A stretch of DNA of 29,008 nt from Macrostomum lignano. Taxonomy: Eukaryota. The translations under genes were made by a program, and so were the position numbers. The stretch is from contig NIVC01003502.1 in NCBI GenBank assembly GCA_002269645.1, forward strand, positions 1-29,008, read 5' to 3'. Below the pieces are notes generated by a model, which saw nothing but the letters and a program-made list of their open reading frames with translations, had not been told where the DNA came from and searched no databases. This document shows positions 1-16,018 of the stretch, in pieces. Each line of letters starts with the position of its first letter. Within the stretch, counting starts at the first letter, position 1.

Positions 1-674
1 AAGCTGAGAAATTCCCTATGAGTGCTTGACCAACTGTGGAATTCCCTATGAGTGCTTGACAAAGCTGAGAAATTCCCTATGAGTGCTTGACCAAGCTGAG
101 AAATTCCCTATGAGTGCTTGACCAAGCTGAGAAATTCCCTATGAGTGCTTGACCAACTGTGGAATTCTCTATGAGTGCTTGACCAAGCTGAGAAATTCCC
201 TATGAGTGCTTGACCAACTGTGGAATTCCCTATGAGTGCTTGACCAACTGTGGAATTCCCTATGAGTGCTTGACCAACTGTGGAATTCCCTATGAGTGCT
301 TGACCAAGCTGAGAAATTTTCTATGAGTGCTTGACCAAGCTGAGAAATTTCCTATGAGTGCTTGACCAAGCTGAGAAATTCCCTATGGGTGCTTGACCAA
401 GCTGAGAAATTCCCTATGAGTGCTTGACCAACTGTGGAATTCCCTATGCGTGCTTGACCAAGCTGAGAAATTCCCTATGAGTGCTTGACCAACTGTGGAA
501 TTCCCTATGAGTGCTTGAACAAGCTGAGTAATTCCCTATGAGTGCTTGACCAAGCTGAGAAATTCCCTATGAGTGCTTGACCAACTGTGGAATTCCCTAT
601 GAGTGCTTGACCAACTTTGGAATTCTCTATGAGGGCTTGACCAACTGTGGAATTCTGTATGAGGGCTTGACCAA
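1..674. repeat. Minisatellite of mixed 31-bp and 30-bp monomers (about 22 copies, truncated by window start)
   Basis: Head-to-tail CAAGCTGAGAAATTCCCTATGAGTGCTTGAC (31 bp) and CAACTGTGGAATTCCCTATGAGTGCTTGAC (30 bp); degenerates near 600-674. Confidence 0.97.
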
Positions 675-1079
675 CAGAAAAATTCTCCATTAATAATTTT
701 TCAATAAAAACATTCCACTGCAAAAAGCTGGTGACAGCAATATTTCATATCCTTAAATCATGCCGGATAAGGTTACTAACAAGGTCCTACATCTCATACA
801 AAACCCATGCCAAAACAGTTCCCGACCCCATGCTATTGATAAACTCGATAGGCCCTTATCACCTGCAGCAGGTGCGAGCTACTCATGGTGTCAATTAGCC
901 GCAGTGCGTGTGTTTACTGTATGCGCTACACTTATTGAGCCACTTAAAATGGAATTCTTCCTCAGGTAACTGCTCCCTCTGTGTATTGAAAGTTGGGGCC
1001 TGGAGATATTGCGAAACACGGTCGGAAAATAAGTGTTAGGGGGAATTATTTGCAACACTATGTGCCGTCACGAGGTCAA

Positions 1080-2510
<1,431 letters not shown>

Positions 2511-4043
2511 CCAAAGCTCAGGTTAGTACGCCATCAAACAGCATTATAATCAGCAGCCGGGCCAATCACTCACCTGATTGCGATGGTCCTAGAAAAGCGG
2601 GCACCAGTAAACAAACGACAGAACAGTCATAACAAATCGCAGCAGTTTTAATGGGAGTACCTAATGCAGATCCATAGAAAGGCTGAGGCTAGGCCCAGTG
2701 CAGTACCAGTCAGGTATATATAAAGATGCGCACGCATGGAATGTGATTGGCAGTAAAATACGTGGAAAAAAGTCATAAATTGCACGCACACCACCAGCTT
2801 AACAATAATTTTATGGGAAAGGAAGACCTCACAAGACGCATCGTTGCCCGGCGTACTTCCAGTTGGGATCCGAGCTAAATTTGGCGAATCGAACCTGTTG
2901 ATTCCCTGATGATCTTGTCAGTCTGGGGCTTCATCATATGGAGGGCTGCGTCCTAATAAAATTGACAGCATCCTAAGACGGTGATATCATTTTTCCGAAT
3001 TAATTTTTATAGTTATATGCATGCTAGCTATAAATGTTCAGTCAAGGACTTACGAAATAGTCGTTTCCAGTCCAGGTTCTATAAATAGTAGTCTTTGGGT
3101 TAATCAGAATGCTTGAAGGATCGAAGCCATGGACAGCGAATTATTTTGGTGAAATTCAACTTAGGTATAGATGCTTTTAACGGGATCCATGGACTACTTG
3201 ACCATATAGCTACTATAATGGACCTTGAAAAATAACATCTGGACTGGAGCCATAGCTCGTATGCATGTAGATCAAAGTCTTCAGAGCTGACTGGAAACGC
3301 AAAAGCAGACACCGCCAAAAAGCGACGCATAGCATTTCTGTGCCGGCACACTAGAAAGGTGTACAAGGTGAGCTCAGCACTATAAAAATCAGCTAGCAGT
3401 TCATTAGCGACTCGAGGGGTCACAACTGCACTTTTCTTCGCTCAACCCCCTAGCAACTAATTCTTGCGTGTCGCGTGCTCCCCAGACACCCGATCTACAT
3501 GTGTAGTTATTTCGATAGAAATTTTCCTGGGTCTTCTTCAATTTTTTTTCTTATTGCCGAGCTGCTTTGGAACTCATATCAGAAAATTTTATTCTCAATC
3601 AACGATAGATTGAGAACGACATTTTTGTAAGACTTCTTTCAACTAAATGCGACCTTTACGTACATTTTTCCTGAATTACAGTGCAAAGTGAACTGTAAAA
3701 TGTGTTTTTTTCTGCATAAAAAATCTGTGCAGATATTATTTTATCAACTTTTTGGAGCAGAGAATGCACGGACGAAAGTACATAATGCACTGTCATTTCT
3801 GTCGAATGATAATAACATTCGCTATAGCGGAAGTTATTAGACAGACAGACAGAGACATAAAGGAGGTCACCGCCCAGGCAGTGACTGTCTGAGTTTGCTT
3901 TCAGCAGCCATCGCGTCTTAAAACCTGGTTTGCAAGGAAGAGCCAACAATTAACGCACGAGGTTTAGGTGCTTTTGAAAGTTGATTGCCAATAGGATTTT
4001 GGACGATATGAAAATTCAGAGCTTGTTTGACACCCTCAGAGTC

Positions 4044-4949
4044 AGAGAGAGATAGGAAGAGAGAGTAGAGGGGAATAAGGGAGAGATAGGAAGAGAGAGT
4101 AGAGGGGAATAAGGGAGAGAGAGGGAGAGAGAGTAGAGGGGAAAAAGGGAGAGAGAGGGAGAGAGAGTAGAGGGGAATAAGGGAGAGATAGGAGGAAAGA
4201 GTAGAGGGGAATAAGGGAGAGATAGGAGGAGAGAGTAGAGGGGAATAAGGGAGAGATAGGAAGAGAGAGTAGAGGGGAATAAGGGAGAGAGAGAGGGAGA
4301 GAGAGTAGAGGGGAATAAGGGAGAGAGAGGGAGAGAGAGAGAGAAGAAGAGGGGGACAGAGGAGAGATAGAGAGAGGGAGAGAGGGAGTGGGGAGATATG
4401 GATATAGGGAGAGAGGGAGAGAGGGAGATAGAGAGAAGGGGAGATAGGGAGAGAAGGGAGATAGGGAGAGAGGGAGAGAGGGAGAGGAGGGAGTGAGGGA
4501 GAGAGGGAGAGAGGGAAAGAGGAGAGAGGGAGAGAAGAAGAGGGGGACAAAGGGAGAGATGGAGAGAGGACAGAGGGAGATAGGAAGAGAGGGAGACAGG
4601 AGAGAGGAGAGAGGGAGAGAGGGATATAGGGAGAGAGGGAGGGAGAAAGAGAGAGGGAGGGAAAGGGGAAAGAGGGAGAGAGGGAGAGAGGGAGAGAGGG
4701 AGAGAGGAGATAGGGAGAGAGGGAGAGAGGGAGAGAGGGAGAGAGGGAGAGAGGGAGAGAGGGAGAGAGGGGAGAGGGAGAGAGGGAAAGAGGGAGAGAG
4801 GGAGAGAGGGAGAGAGGGAGAGAGGGAGAGAGGGAGATAGGGAGAGAGGAGAGAGGGAGAGAGGGAGAGAGGGAGAGAGGGAGATAGGGAGAGAGGGAGA
4901 GAGGGAGAGAGGGAGATAGGGAGAGAAGCAGAGAGGAAGAGACGGAGGG
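4044..4949. repeat. Polypurine (GA-rich) low-complexity tract; about 30-bp subrepeat at left, (GAGAGAGG)n at right
   Basis: Plus strand is almost all A/G; GAGAGAGTAGAGGGGAATAAGG recurs in about 4058-4320; 8-bp period in about 4680-4920. Confidence 0.95.
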
Positions 4950-5230
4950 TCCCTGCTACCCACAGTCGCATGTCTGTTACAATTTCTACAAGAGGACTGG
5001 CCAAAAAAATCGAGTGATAAAGCGGGGATTCTACACCGGGATCGTCCGTCGTCGGCACCTGCCGCATAGTCTGTAGCAATAAATTGGCGCTCAGTACAGC
5101 ACCAGAATGCTTGTTAAAGATACCAGTATAGAAAAAGAAAGAGGAGGGTCCCGGCAAACGGAATCTGGGAACTGGGGGCGAAGAAAATTTTAGTTCTGAC
5201 GAAGCGGCCCAGAAGATGACGCTAAGGTGG

Positions 5231-5231
<1 letters not shown>

Positions 5232-5257
<26 letters not shown>
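5232..5257. repeat. (GA)n microsatellite
   Basis: Direct reading. Confidence 0.9.
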
Positions 5258-5262
<5 letters not shown>

Positions 5263-5384
5263 AGCACGCGCGAGCGTCTGGGTCAGCGCCTGACCCCGTG
5301 TTGCTACCGGGTTTTGGGGTTAACATTTGTTTCCAGCAGCTGCACTCCCGCCTCACGGGCACAGTTTGTTCGAGAGCACGCGGA

Positions 5385-5409
5385 TGTGTGTGTGTGTGTG
5401 TGTGTGTGT
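5385..5409. repeat. (GT)n microsatellite
   Basis: Direct reading. Confidence 0.9.
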
Positions 5410-6064
5410 AGAGTGTGTTTTGTCACTTTCTGCCCAAGCTGTGGAGAGTTGCCGAGACTACCCGAGCTTCCGTGAGGAGGAGATATGGCTTATCCGCATC
5501 GGTATCAGACGCTGTGGGGAAAGTTTCGTAGAGTGGGCGCCCCCATCCTCTCTCTAAGGCCCCGAGGTCATGTGCGGTCACGCCCGACTCTCTGCTCGAA
5601 GAGGTTCCTCGAGGCCTTCCTGCCTGCCTGGCGTGTTGACGAATTTGCCAAGGTGAGCTCGGCTTACAGGCAGGATACGAGGCCAAAGCAGAAACTGGAA
5701 GGCACGCGAGCGGCGGGATTGAAATAACATTCTTCTGTGCCTGCTCAAAACCAACAGAAATTCAAGTCAACTTTGTTTACCGTGAGGATGCCAACTATAT
5801 TGAGTTTATGGTGATTACGTTTCACGATCAAAAGTCTTTTTTGCACGAAAATAAAACCGATAGCAAAGCAGAGAGGGGCGGGTGGGCGGCGGTACGCGAT
5901 TGTACGTCAACAGCAACAACAAAACTTCATCAATAAACTTTTTGTTATGATAAGAACAATATTAAATTAGCATTTGTACTAGACTATATGCCTATGCTTG
6001 CAGTTGTTAATCAGTTAATGGAGTCATCAATAGAGAGGCTGCGGATCCGGCCGGAAATTGCATG

Positions 6065-7543
6065 CTATTCGATGAAATCTTCGGCCGGAAGCTGTCTGGG
6101 CGGCAGCACCAGCGGGTCGAGCTGGTCTGACGGCTGACTCTGATGATGGGGAAGCCGCTCCAGCTGCACCTGATGCTGGACAAGATGCGGATGCAGATTC
6201 TGCTGCTGATGCAGCCGCAACTCGCCAACAGCGTCGTGCCGAGCCGAGGACAGATGACCGCGAGAGTAAAGCGAGCACAGCTGCGCCATCTCCCGCTGCT
6301 GCCTGCCCTCCTCCTGGCAATTGCAACGGAGAATTAGCCGAAAGTACTTCTTAAACTTTGAACTGATCAGCGCTAGGCAGAGCGGATTGATGGCGCTGTT
6401 AGCGTAGCCCAGCAGCAGGCAGATGGGCAGCACGGTGGTCACCACCACGTTCACCTCCTGGTTTTCGTTAGCCGCTGTGCTGCCGCCCATCATCGGCAGA
6501 GACGTTGTAGTCCCAGCGGCGGTGGTGGCAGCTGGAGTCGCGGTGGTCAAAGCATCCGGCAGGACGAAGCCGCGCAAATCGATGAAGATCGTGACCGCGT
6601 GGTAGGGCAGCCAGCAGACAGCGAAGGCCAGCAGCAGGGCGATCATGATTTTGCTGACCTTCACCCGGCCCTGGCTGAGCGCCCGCAGCCCGCTCTGCTG
6701 GGCCTCGCTGGCGGCCTGCTGGCGAGCAAATTTCACCGTTGAGATGAGCGTCCGGCCCAGCATGGAGTAGAACACGGACATGGCGATCAGGGGGATCAGG
6801 TATAGAGCCGCGAACAGGAATAGAGTGTAGGCGGTCTTGCGAGCTGTGGAGTCCTGCCAGTCCTCGACGCAGAAGTACACGGAGGACTTCCAGTGGAAGT
6901 CGTGCCTACGCAGCTTGTAAGCAGCCGGGATGGGACTGCAGAGCAGCACGGAGGCCAGCCAGATGCCCGCCACCCAGAGGCTCATCGCCCGGTTGCTCAT
7001 CCGCTCCTTGGCCGTCATCGGGTATCGAATGATAACGTAGCGCTTGATCGACATCGAGGCCAGAGAAGCGATCGACACCGAGACGGAGACGCCCTGCAGG
7101 AATGGCGACAGTTTGCAAAGGGCCACGCCGAATATCCAGCGAGTGCTGAGCACATTGTAGGCCGTGATGGGCAGGCAGATGAAGAAGATTAGCAGGTCGC
7201 TGATTGCCAGATTCAACAGGAAGATGTTGGTTCGCGACCGCATAGTTGGGAAGATGGCAATGCTGAGGATCACCAGCGCGTTGCCAGTCACACCGACTAG
7301 GAAAAGCAGGCTGAAGGCAGCCACCATGGGGATCTTGTAGTGCATGCTCTGGCCCTGCAGGTAGGACTCAAAGAGCTCGCGGCAGTGCTCGGCCGTCTCC
7401 GGGGTCATTTCCTCCGAGGATATGCATCGGTTGAGTTCGCTGAGCTGCTGCAGGCGCTGCTGCCAAAGTTGCTGCAAATCGGACCCGTTGAAGTCCAGCT
7501 GGAGGCTGCCGAAGTCAAGCGGACCGGCAGGCGTGGTGGCCAT
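6065..7543 (-). CDS. Intronless rhodopsin-family (class A) GPCR, 492 aa, neuropeptide-receptor type, most like the orexin/allatotropin (or NPFF/SIFamide) group
   Basis: Seven hydrophobic segments with TM1 GN (GVTGNALV), TM2 NLAISD, ECL1/TM3 WIFGVALCK, TM3 QGVSVSVS, TM4 W, ECL2 Cys (YFCVEDW), TM5 YLIPL, TM6 CWLP, TM7 YANSAINP, helix 8 and CNC; N-terminal NGS sequon. Subfamily is recalled from family motifs, not from a search. Confidence 0.93.
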   Translation of the reverse strand: MATTPAGPLDFGSLQLDFNGSDLQQLWQQRLQQLSELNRCISSEEMTPETAEHCRELFESYLQGQSMHYKIPMVAAFSLLFLVGVTGNALVILSIAIFPTMRSRTNIFLLNLAISDLLIFFICLPITAYNVLSTRWIFGVALCKLSPFLQGVSVSVSIASLASMSIKRYVIIRYPMTAKERMSNRAMSLWVAGIWLASVLLCSPIPAAYKLRRHDFHWKSSVYFCVEDWQDSTARKTAYTLFLFAALYLIPLIAMSVFYSMLGRTLISTVKFARQQAASEAQQSGLRALSQGRVKVSKIMIALLLAFAVCWLPYHAVTIFIDLRGFVLPDALTTATPAATTAAGTTTSLPMMGGSTAANENQEVNVVVTTVLPICLLLGYANSAINPLCLALISSKFKKYFRLILRCNCQEEGRQQREMAQLCSLYSRGHLSSARHDAVGELRLHQQQNLHPHLVQHQVQLERLPHHQSQPSDQLDPLVLPPRQLPAEDFIE

Positions 7544-7977
7544 GGGGCTGCCTTGGAGTCTGCAAATCCGTAATATGGTTTTGGCCAGTTAATTAAAATC
7601 TGTCGAGACCGGGGCGGAACCTCGAGAAGAAAAGACGTTATTAATGCAGAAAGCGGGAGTTCGTGACGGAGTCGAAATTGTAGCGCCACAATGAATAATA
7701 TGAAGGTGAATCGGGAGATGTCCAGGGTTAGAGCCCTCTGCTGCTGAAAATCGCTGTGGAAATTTCCCAGTTTGCGGGAATTCAATCTTAATCCAATTTA
7801 AACTGCACAAAGAAAACAGGGAGACAGGGGAATTAGGGCGGATACAAGCAGGGCTCCTACATAGATTTATTAAATAAAATTTGGCCCGCTTTACGTTGCA
7901 GACCTGCACGCATCGAGGCCCGCTATCCTCACCAACCTGCCTGATGGTCTCCTCATTATTGCTTAGTTAGTTAGATA

Positions 7978-11421
<3,444 letters not shown>

Positions 11422-11820
11422 GAGCAGAGAAACAAAGATAGCAGCAGCTGCTTTCTGCCTCCTTGTTTACGTCGCCTGTAGTCTAAATAAAGCAACCGAG
11501 TGAACCGCTCGCAGGGATAAACAGCAGCTGTTATCCCTCTATTTCTTGATGCCGATAGACAGTTTTTCAACTGTGAAATTAATATCCCCACTTAGTCTCG
11601 CAGAAGATATTCGACTTTCCATATTTGTCTTCAAACCAAGCCCGATTCAGTGATCTTTTCGGAGAATTATTAATAAAGAACGAGTTGAATTGCACCGGAG
11701 CAGCGCCTTATGTGACCTGGAGGAAATGCCCTTGATGCTCACTTCGAGTTTGGTGAGGCTGCAGGCTACATCATTCATATGCTGGCCGCTCTGTTTTAAG
11801 TGGATCGGACAGGTACGATG

Positions 11821-12775
11821 GGCAGATAGACAGGCAGTTAGATAGGCAGATAGACAGACACTAGATAGGCAGATAAACAGACACTAGATAGGCAGATAGA
11901 CAGACACTATAGGCAGATAGACAGGCATTATAGGCAGATAGACAGACACCATATAGGGAGATAGACGGACACTAGATAGGCAGATAGACAGACACTAGAT
12001 AGGCAGATAGACAGACACTATAGGCAGATAGACAGGCATTATAGGCAGATAGACAGACACCATATAGGGAGATAGACGGACACTAGATAGGCAGATAGAC
12101 AAACACTAGATAGGCAGATAGACAGACACGATGGGCAGATAGACAGGCACTATAGGCAGAAAGACAGACACAATGGGCAGATAGACAGGCACTATAGGCA
12201 GATAGACAGACACGATGGGCAGATAGACAGGCACTATAGGCAGATAGACAGACACGATGGGCAGATAGACAGACACTATATAGGCAGATAGACAGGCACT
12301 ATATAGGCAGATAGACAGGCACTATAGGAGACAGACACTATATAGGCAGATAGATAGGCACTATAGGCAGATAGACACTAGGCAGATAGACAGGCACTAT
12401 AGGCAGGTAGACAGACACTATATAGGCAGACAGGCACTATATAGGCAGATAGACAGGCACTATAGGAGACAGACACTATATAGGCAGATAGACAGACAAT
12501 ATAGGCAGATAGACAGGCACTATATAGGCAGATAGACAGGCACTATAGGCAGGTAGACAGACACTATATAGGCAGATAGACAGGCACTATATAGGCAGAT
12601 AGACAGGCACTATAGGAGACAGACACTATATAGGCAGATAGACAGACACTGTATAGGCAGATAGACAGGCATTATAGGCAGATAAACAGACACTATATAG
12701 GCAGATAGACAGATAACTATAGGCAGATAGACAGACACTATAGGCAGATGGACGGACGCTATAGGTAGATAGAGT
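11821..12775. repeat. 21-23-bp minisatellite built from GATA/GACA words
   Basis: Units AGGCAGATAGACAG(A/G)CACTAT with optional extra AT or GA. Confidence 0.93.
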
Positions 12776-13271
12776 CAGACTCCCTGAACCTGTCTTAGAG
12801 CATCAGAGCAGTTGGGACTTACCGATTGAGTTGCAGATGGCAAAATATATCTTGAATGCTTTCCGAGGGCGGGGGTCTGACGCAGTGCTGAACTGGGGCG
12901 CCCGTTTTCTCTGTTCAGGGCTTCTCAACGCGGGCTCTGATTGGACCAGCCGCTCAGCCAATTAGAATCGAGAGCAGCAGAGAAGTCTTTGGGAACTAAA
13001 AATTCTGTTTACTTGGAATCTGACTACCTAATGAATTAGTAGGGCGGGTGATGCTGGAAGGTTATTACTCGTACAGGATAGTGAGAAGACGGCAGGAGGG
13101 AAGTAGGGGGCTTTTATCGCTATTAATTACTTTAATAATTCAGTACAACATCCTTTGAGATTTTGTCAAAGGCACGCGATGAAGGAGTCAATAGGCCGAG
13201 AAACAATGAATGAGCTCCCGAACAGAAAACAGGAGTGAGCCTGGGTGGAAAAACCTGGGTGGCAAAGGGTG

Positions 13272-13760
13272 AAGCTGAGAGTGAACTGGGGGAGTGAGCT
13301 GAGAGTGAACTGGGGGGGGTGAGCTGAGAGTGAACTAAGTGGGGTGAGCTGAGAGTGAACTGGGGGGGGTGAGCTGAGAGTGAACTGGGGGTGAGCTGAG
13401 AGTGAACTAAGTGGGGTGAGCTGAGAGTGAACTGGGGGGTGAGCTGAGAGTGAACTGGGGGGGGTGAGCTGAGAGTGAACTAAGTGGGGTGAGCTGAGAG
13501 TGAACTAAGTGGGGTGAGCTGAGAGTGAACTGGGGTGTGAGCTGAGAGTGAACTGGGGGGGGTGAGCTGAGAGTGAACTAAGTGGGGTGAGCTGAGAGTG
13601 AACTAAGTGGGGTGAGCTGAGAGTGAACTAAGTGGGGTGAGCTGAGAGTGAACTGGGGGGGTGAGCTGAGAGTGAACTAAGTGGGGTGAGCTGAGAGTGA
13701 ACTAAGTGGGGTGAGCTGAGAGTGAACTGGGGGGGTGAGCTGAGAGTGAACTAAGTGGGG
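13272..13760. repeat. About 25-bp G-rich minisatellite
   Basis: GTGAGCTGAGAGTGAACT followed by either AAGTGGG or a variable G-run. Confidence 0.95.
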
Positions 13761-13929
13761 TGAGCTGAGAGTGAGCTGAGAACAATGTAGGAAGAGTGAA
13801 CTTACTACAGTGAGCTGAGAGTGAGCTGCGAATAATGTTGAAAGAGTGAATTTAGTTGAGTGAACTGAGAGTGAGCTGTGAATAATGTTGAAAGAGTGAA
13901 CTTAGGAGAGTGAACTGAGAGTGAGCTGA
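13761..13929. repeat. Diverged 50-bp tandem repeat (about 3.3 copies) related to the 25-bp array
   Basis: TGA(G/A)CTGAGAGTGAGCTG starts at 13761, 13811, 13861 and 13911. Confidence 0.85.
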
Positions 13930-14546
13930 AGCGGATTGAAGAATAATTGGACGGTTTGGTAGGTTTTGAAACAAAAAATATTAAAAGATGGAATTTGAAG
14001 CTTTTACTTTCGTCACAAATTTAATTATTAATGCATAATTAAAGTCACTAATTATCCATCGCAATTAAAGATAATCTGGCGTAGGCGGCCAGTATAGCTC
14101 TCGAGTCTCCATCCGACATTCTCGCTGTTTTCAGGAAGCCTTACGAACCGAGAGCTTTCTTCTTGTGCCAGCTCCTCGCGATTGAAGAGTGCATCGAGGG
14201 GTACTTTGCTGGGCGAATGACGTCACGCCCAGAATTTTCTCCGGGGAGAGGGGGGTTGGGGCGGCGCCGGTGCATCTGCCCGAGCTGTTTCGAGCCTGGA
14301 GAAGTGGACTGCCGGATGGAGTGTCCCACTGCTGAGAGTGTCTCAGGCTGGTTTGAAGAGGGCGGCCTGGGGGGTCCCGCTGCGGATGGCACGTTCCAAT
14401 TTGTTTACTTTATTTCAAGGATGAAGCTGTCAGAATGAAGCTGAGATTTCGCTAGGTGGGGATCTTGCGATTAATTTCGGCTAACTGCACTTTACTATGC
14501 TCAACTCCTGTAAGTCTGCTGCACTGTTTGCATGGTTGGGCTGTAA

Positions 14547-14810
14547 GGTCACTGAAGATAGACTCGAGACACTTACTGGTCACTGAAGATTGGCCCTCTA
14601 GACACTTACTGGTCACTGAAAATTGGCCCTAGACACTTACTGGTCACTGAAAATTGGCCCTAGACACTTACTGGTCACTGAAAATTGGCCCTAGACACTT
14701 ACTGGTCACTGAAGATTGGCCCTAGACACTTACTGGTCACTGAATATTGGCCTTAGACACTTACTAATCACTGATGATTGGCCCTAGACACTTACTGGTC
14801 ACTGAAGATT
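14547..14810. repeat. 31-bp minisatellite (about 8 copies)
   Basis: GACACTTACTGGTCACTGAAAATTGGCCCTA in tandem. Confidence 0.95.
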
Positions 14811-15195
14811 TAACTACTGATCTTGCAGGTTAGAAGATCCTACTATAAGTAGACTAAAAACAAGCGCAAACTTGCGTCGTTTTAACAGCGGGTCACAAGC
14901 ACCGATTTTTATGCCCGCACTAGCCGCTTATCTGTGGCGAGGCAAGAACAATCTGCACTCGAATATTCGCCTCCATCCCTTCACCCACCTGCGCGGAGCG
15001 AGTTTTTTACATCAAAATGACGAATTCGGGATAGAGATGATTTTGCGATTAGCTTAAAATCGCACGAGGTTGACCTTAGAATTTTTTTCCAGCCGGTTCA
15101 AGTTCACTTCCAATCGATGTAGATGTGGGGAATTATCGCCCGTCAGTCATATTTCATGCCTGCGTGTGCCTGGTTTACTCGATGTGTTGGCTAGC

Positions 15196-15758
15196 TTCTG
15201 ACCAAATCACAGTTTCTGACCAACTGACACAGTTTCTGACCAACTGGCACAGTTTCTGACCAACTGGCACAGTTTCTGACCAACTAACACAGTTTCTGAC
15301 CAACTGACACAGTTTCTGACCAACTAACACAGTTTCTGACCGACTGACACAGTTTCTGACCAACTGGCGCAGTTTCTGACCAACTGGCACAGTTTCTGAC
15401 CAACTGGCACAGTTTCTGACCAACTAGCACAGTTTCTGACCAACTAGCACAGTTTCTGACCAACTAGCACAGTTTCTGACCAACTAACACAGTTTCTGAC
15501 CGACTTACACAGTTTCTGACCAACTGACACAGTTTCTGACCAACTGACACAGTTTCTGACCAACTGACACAGTTTCTGACCAACTAGCACAGTTTCTGAC
15601 CAACTAGCACAGTTTCTGACCAACTGGCGCAGTTTCTGACCAACTAGCACAGTTTCTGACCAACTGACACAGTTTCTGACCAACTGACACAGTTTCTGAC
15701 CAACTGGCTCAGTTTCTGACCAACTGACACAGTTTTTGGCCAAATCACAGTTTCTGAC
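15196..15758. repeat. 20-bp minisatellite (about 28 copies)
   Basis: CACAGTTTCTGACCAACT(GA/GG/AG/AA) in tandem. Confidence 0.97.
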
Positions 15759-16018
15759 TATAGTGTCACCTACTATTGCAATACTTTCATTAAGCAATAT
15801 TGGATTATATCGAATTAAGCTTATCAACATAAATCCATTAGCAAGCACTTAGCAGCACCAACAGGTACCATTGTGAGATTCAAACTGAATTAATTATAGT
15901 AACTGGATTTCGAAAAGGGCAACACGGAGTGTAGATAGTCTTCCTGGATCGGTTTTGAGACTTGTTTTGATCCAGACAATATTTATCCTATTGCGCAAGG
16001 TTTAGAATAATTTTTTGT

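Noticed and set aside
3592-3616. 9-bp inverted repeat TTCTCAATC/GATTGAGAA
   Set aside because: Isolated short hairpin with no TSD, partner or gene context.
3918-4963. Long Ser/Leu/Pro and Arg/Glu/Gly ORFs
   Set aside because: Translations of the polypurine tract.
7405-7909. ORFs overlapping or upstream of the GPCR start
   Set aside because: They have non-ATG starts, no recognisable domain, and a different frame from the GPCR.
14547-14810. Microexon array (minus strand TTTTCAG-TGACCA-GTAAGT in several units)
   Set aside because: The implied introns would be 25 nt, too short to splice; the motifs are probably chance.
15175-15848. ORFs through the 20-bp array (and similar ORFs in the 18-, 23-, 30/31- and 42-bp arrays)
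   Set aside because: Peptide periodicity simply mirrors the DNA repeat; no coding signal.
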